64,000 bases of DNA from Antedon mediterranea (taxonomy: Eukaryota > Animalia > Echinodermata), in assembly GCF_964355755.1 (NCBI RefSeq), contig NC_092671.1:35908304-35972303 (forward strand), written 5' to 3'. The translations under genes were made by a program, and so were the position numbers. This document shows, piece after piece, positions 58,834-64,000 of this stretch. The notes beneath the pieces were generated by a model. That model saw only the letters and a list, made by a program, of their open reading frames with translations. It did not search any database and was not told where the DNA came from. Each line of letters begins with the position of its first letter. Within the stretch, counting starts at the first letter, position 1.

Positions 58834-60491
58834 TATTTTTATAAGAGAATATAAAATAATTCTAATAAGGTCACATCTCTTAGGCAAAATCAATCCAGCA
58901 AAGTAGAGCATTAAAAGATTACCAAAATCTTGGGTAATACAATAATACTTTTCTTATTTTTTTAGTCCTTCACAAACAATACAATGAAACCAAAAATGTA
59001 AAGGTCTCTCTTTTTGTATAATCTGACTAAAAACACTCGAGAATTGTTAAGAACCTCTATTTTTAAAGAAAAAAGAGTTCTAATGTACTTGCTTAACGAA
59101 GCAATGTTAATCGAAACAGACATCGGAACTATTATTTTTCACTGATCCATTCATGAAAACTCTTTCAACAAGATGAGTCAAGCAAATGACAAATTGTAAA
59201 CAATGTTTCCCATTCAAAGAGCTCATGTAAACATGATTGTAATTAATAGGCAAGTACAATATTAGTACAGAATGAATAGGTGTTGTGGTTTTGCGAAACA
59301 AGAATAAAATAAACGATGGAGTATTGTTCAAATAGAAAACTATTCTCTGGAGGTAAATCAATTGACATTTTGCAATAAGCCTAGATTTTAACCTAAGCAA
59401 ACATGCATACTCTAGATAGTGTGTTTTCCTTGGAACCAGTTCACACACAATTTTAGGCTGGAATAGTTTATTGGAACATAACATTTACTGCGAAAGTACG
59501 AATAATGGTGCAGAAATATGTTTAAAGCTTGTTTTTTTTAACACCTATTTAGGCTGGTGTAGTTCTGTTAATTTTAAACTTAAAATTGACAGCGAAAGTA
59601 TGAAAAATAGTGCACCAAAATATTTAAAGTTTTTTTAATCAACTACTGTTGATTTCAGCTACCTTTATTCAAGGTATATTTATTCATCATTCAAAAATGA
59701 AAATCATATACAGTATGATCAAGGCTGAAATGCATACAATTTTGTATTGAGATAAAAACCTGCAATCACTATACAATTAGCAAATTTTCAAACCTTAAAT
59801 TAAAGTTGTTTTTTGGACAACGTTTAAAATGTAAATGTAAAATCATTTTGTGTTCATGTCAGGACAGAAGCCTGAACAATATTTATCTCCAATTCTATAA
59901 ACTTCACTATGAATAGCCTTGATACTAAGACAATCACACTGTAGTCTATTTCCAGTGAATAAAACATTTTTTTTAAAGTCGTAACAATTGGAAAAGGAGC
60001 CCATTTTCGGTAGTAAAATAAATGATTCATTATTATTTATTGTTTTATCTGATACACTTGAAAAAGGTATATTCTCAGTAATAGATTTGCATTTAAACCA
60101 TTTATCAATCACACAAAACCAAAGTAACTACCGTACCATTTACACACTTGACCTTTAGTGATACTAAGTTATTATCAATATCTTAAAATATAAAATAAAA
60201 CCAAATAGGGTTATGCATTAAGATATGACTTATTTAAGTGATTGTATTATCTTTGATCAGAACTAATTGTGGGCAAAGCTTTCATATATTTCAAGATAGC
60301 TGGTTTTATAATAGAAATGTGTATTTATACTTTATCATGTTCAAGTAGTTTAGTAGTACAGTTTTGTTTCCATGGGTAGTAATACTAGTAGTCCATCCAA
60401 CAGAATTTACAGATTGTGAACCTATAAGAGTAGTGAGTAAAAAGTGTTGGAAGGAGAGGGGGTTGATTTGGAAAGGCATCTTAAGCCTTAA

Positions 60492-60616
60492 TCAAACTTT
60501 ATGTGAAAAAAATGTGATGTGCCCATATATGGACATGATGTCATATCACTACTATATTTGGGCATATTACTGCCATATTTGGGCACATCAAACTAGTTTG
60601 ATAGTGTAGACAGAGC
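60492..60616. mobile_element. Harbinger-type MITE family A (left TIR partly lost)
   Basis: Internal repeats and right TIR. Confidence 0.8.
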
Positions 60617-60821
60617 TGTATACCCTTGAATATAAACTCATGTTATTTTAATTGTCCAATAAAAAAGAACAATAAAGTATTGAACACTAAATAAAGAGCC
60701 AAAAGTACAAAGGATTCGCAATCTTGTTTTTGTCAATTATTAACATGTTTTAACCATTTATTACATTAATGGTAGATGCCAGACGCCATTCACTATGTTT
60801 TAAGCCTATGATAAACCTCAT

Positions 60822-61040
60822 TAAGCTGGTGAAAATTTTAAAAATGTAAATATAGTATTTCTATGCAGTACAAAATGGCTTTTTTGTATTATATGGCTTT
60901 CTTTGCCATCACAACGAACAACTTGGAGAAAAAGTCTCATACATGTACTCCTTAAGATGGTGAAAATTAAAAAATTTAAATATAGTATTTGTATTCAGAC
61001 GCACAATATGGCTTTCTCTTTGCCGTCACAACGAAAACAA
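60822..61040. repeat. Diverged tandem duplication of about 130 bp
   Basis: TGGTGAAAATT...AAATATAGTATTT...TATGGCTTTC...TCACAACGAA twice. Confidence 0.7.
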
Positions 61041-62008
61041 GATAATTACTGACACAACAAGAGTGCATCTGCACATTTACATCAAGTATACTTGTTAATG
61101 AGGAATTATAATGTTAATTCCTTGAAGTTACAAATCGCCAGCAAAGTATCTGTAATGTCGCCAGTTATCCTTGATTGCATGCTGACTCGATTCTCCAGAA
61201 TTTCTTCTATAATAAATTGTTTCTGGTCCTGGCAATACTTTCCTAGATGACTCAAGAAAGTAGGGTTGCTATTGTACAGAAACAATGAATCCTTTTATTA
61301 TACTGTATACTTATATATGACATGCACACTATCAAAGGAACATGTTGGAAGCCAAGGTTGTTTGGCTTCTATGGCTTTGGCAAAAGTAATTAATAATTTA
61401 TAATCAGTAATCTTTATAAAAAGATGAGACACGTTGTATCAGCTGTGCTATCAATAATAATGAGCAAGTATCAACTTGCACTATCAGTTCTTCACCTGAG
61501 CACTATCACATTATATAATCTTTATAGTTTCATTATTCCTTAGGGAGAAACAAAATACTAATTGGTAAAATATGTTCTTGTAACATGGATATAGCAGTAC
61601 ATAATTCATTTTTTATTCCTAATTTTTTTAATTTAGTAATAAAAAATGACAGAACACATGTTTAATATCTTTAATGACTTAAATGATGAATATTGATAGA
61701 TGGATTGATCACTTTATTTCAGAATAAAAATTCCATACATAAAACAAAAAATACAAAATGGAAAAATCACACTAAAATAGAATTTTCTCCCATTTAGTGA
61801 AGAGATTTGATGATCGTATTAAACAGCGGATAGTTCGTAATACACCTAACAAAATCATTTTCACTATTCAAAACTCTTATTCAAAAACCATAGACGCACT
61901 TGAGGATATGCTTGTATAAAGAGACAATTTTAAAATTTCAGTAAACAAGAATATATTTCCATTATTGACTGTAATTTTTGTTTATTCCAATTTTCTTTTA
62001 AATGTTTT

Positions 62009-62243
62009 TCAGGGTCGTTAACACTTTGAAAGAAAAATTTTAAAGAAATGTGGTTTGGAATTGGGAGAAAATATTTATTTAAATAAACACTTTTAAATTG
62101 TGTTCAGAATAAGTTAAACCAGAAAATATTTCCATTTTATTATTTTTTTTGGAATTTTTTGTTAATCCGGACTTTTTTATGTTTGTCAGGGTCGTTAACA
62201 TTTTGAAAGAGAAATTTTAATGTGGTTTGGAATTGGGAAAAAA
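62009..62243. repeat. Diverged local duplication of about 60 bp
   Basis: TCAGGGTCGTTAACA.TTTGAAAGA...TGTGGTTTGGAATTGGGA twice. Confidence 0.7.
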
Positions 62244-63045
62244 ACAACAAACAATACTGGGGGCTTGGCTGTCTATTTCCTGGTCTAGTAATTGGTTTGA
62301 TACAACAATATACACAATTCAAAGTTTCAGACAGCCACATAATTAGGATACAACCAAACAACCAATTACTCAAACAAGTCAACAACCACTACAAAGATGG
62401 TGTCACTGAAAGGAACTATAAAAGATAGTTTAATAAGAGAGAGAACATTAAGGAGGCATTACATAAATATTGTCTCATCAACTTTGTTTGTTTGCAGACA
62501 TCAACAAAAGCTTAATTCTACTAGGCGCCTTGTCATCATTGATAAAATTCTAGCAACAATTTTAATTGTTCGTTTCATGCAAATTCCACAAGTAATACAT
62601 TTTCTATTTGATCTTAGAAGTAACTGTACATTTCTTATATATGGGATTTTTTATAGTATTTTTCGTGGCAAAATCTATAAATCAACAATTGCTAAGTTCG
62701 CAAAAAGTTTTAGCACCCGGAACTGCTTGTACCAAAGAAACTTCTTCCAATCTTTGCTGAACACGAAAACGCCACTGGATAGAAATTGAAATTTTGCATA
62801 GCATTTGAAAATCACACAATGACATTGATATAGGTACTGTAATTACATATGGTTTTGTTATGTAATAACCCATTGTATAGACCAAGGTAATCAAATATAC
62901 AGTTCTTCTCATTAACATAGTCTATCATGGTAAAGATAGAACAAATAATCCAAACACATCAGAAACCACTACAAAGAGGTAGGTGAATAAAATTAAGAAC
63001 TTTTTGACAGGCACTGTCAATGAAAAAGCAGTATATACAAACTAT

Positions 63046-63205
63046 AGCTCTGTCTACACTATCAAACTTTATGCGACAAAAAAAATGTAATGTGCTCATA
63101 TGGACAAGATAATGTCATATCACTTCCATATTTGGAAATATCACTACCATATTTGTCCACATCACACTTTTTTTGTCAAACTAGTGTGATAGTGTAGACA
63201 GAGCT
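63046..63205. mobile_element. Harbinger-type MITE family A
   Basis: Both TIRs. Confidence 0.85.
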
Positions 63206-64000
63206 TAAGTCTCATTTACACTTGTTCACCTACCATTAGATAAATACTATCTGTCAGTTATTTGTTTGTTTTATATTGATTAAGTGTTAAATGACACAAA
63301 CAAATGTAAATGGGCCTAAAGGTAATTAAGTCAAATTGAGCTAGGTTTAACTTGTGTGTTAAATACTACATGAAGTACTTACCATTTATTTCTACAGGGT
63401 CAGATGTTTCTATATTTAATATTTGTTCATAATCATTTTACCAGGGCTATTTTACCAACACCATACATCATGTTTTTAACATATCTATCATGTATAATTA
63501 TCAAGTAATTTCCTTTTTCTTTTTAAGGCATTTTATAATTAATTAACTTGTCCTCTTAATTACATTAATTTATAAATAAGAAATTATAGAAACATATAAT
63601 GAACTAAGTTTGATACTGTGATGGCAAAAAATACAAAGATGCAAATTAAAGAAGGGAAGATATTCATTACATATGGACAGTAGGGAAGGATGAACTACTA
63701 AAGCAAGATAATTTGTTTTTTCACAACACACAAAACTAATACAGTGAGCTTACATTAGCTCGCTGTAATTATTACCCCGTTCTTTTAGGTGTGGTACTGT
63801 TCTACAAGTAGTGGAACTTTAAGTCTGCTGGCTACATGCTTACCTTTTTATTTCAATCCGACAATGTTAATATTCATCAAGTCTCAACATTTTGGGAAAC
63901 TATATCCTTCAAATAAAGAATAAATCCTATCTGTAATACCACTTAATAGAAATCCGTTAAATATGTATTGACTTAAGTGAAATGAGAAAAGGGAATGTAA

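Noticed and set aside
55013-62918. Short ORFs (60-130 aa) at the right end of the window
   Set aside because: Compositions typical of AT-rich non-coding DNA, with no domains and no consistent splice pattern. Upstream non-coding semaphorin exons may lie here but could not be located.

Overview
AT-rich animal (invertebrate-looking) genomic DNA. Most of the window is one large minus-strand gene encoding a class-5-like semaphorin. I reconstructed 15 coding exons by hand, from the ATG at 54130 (signal peptide) through most of the Sema domain to 394. All have GT-AG boundaries and consistent phases, and the gene continues beyond the left edge. The introns hold many mobile elements. (i) A Ty3/gypsy (Mag-like) LTR retrotransposon at 5365-10586, antisense to the host gene; its RNase H active site is split by a 5'-truncated Rex1/Babar-type LINE fused in frame, giving a chimeric two-RT ORF. 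(ii) About 19 copies of a PIF/Harbinger-type MITE, plus TTAA-type and Tc1/mariner-type MITEs. (iii) tRNA-derived SINEs, a non-autonomous Helitron and a foldback element. (iv) Penelope-type repeats carrying minimal hammerhead ribozymes. (v) Several 22-38 bp TIR-only palindromes with 7-bp target duplications that look like P-superfamily excision footprints. No rRNA, genuine tRNA or CRISPR array was seen.
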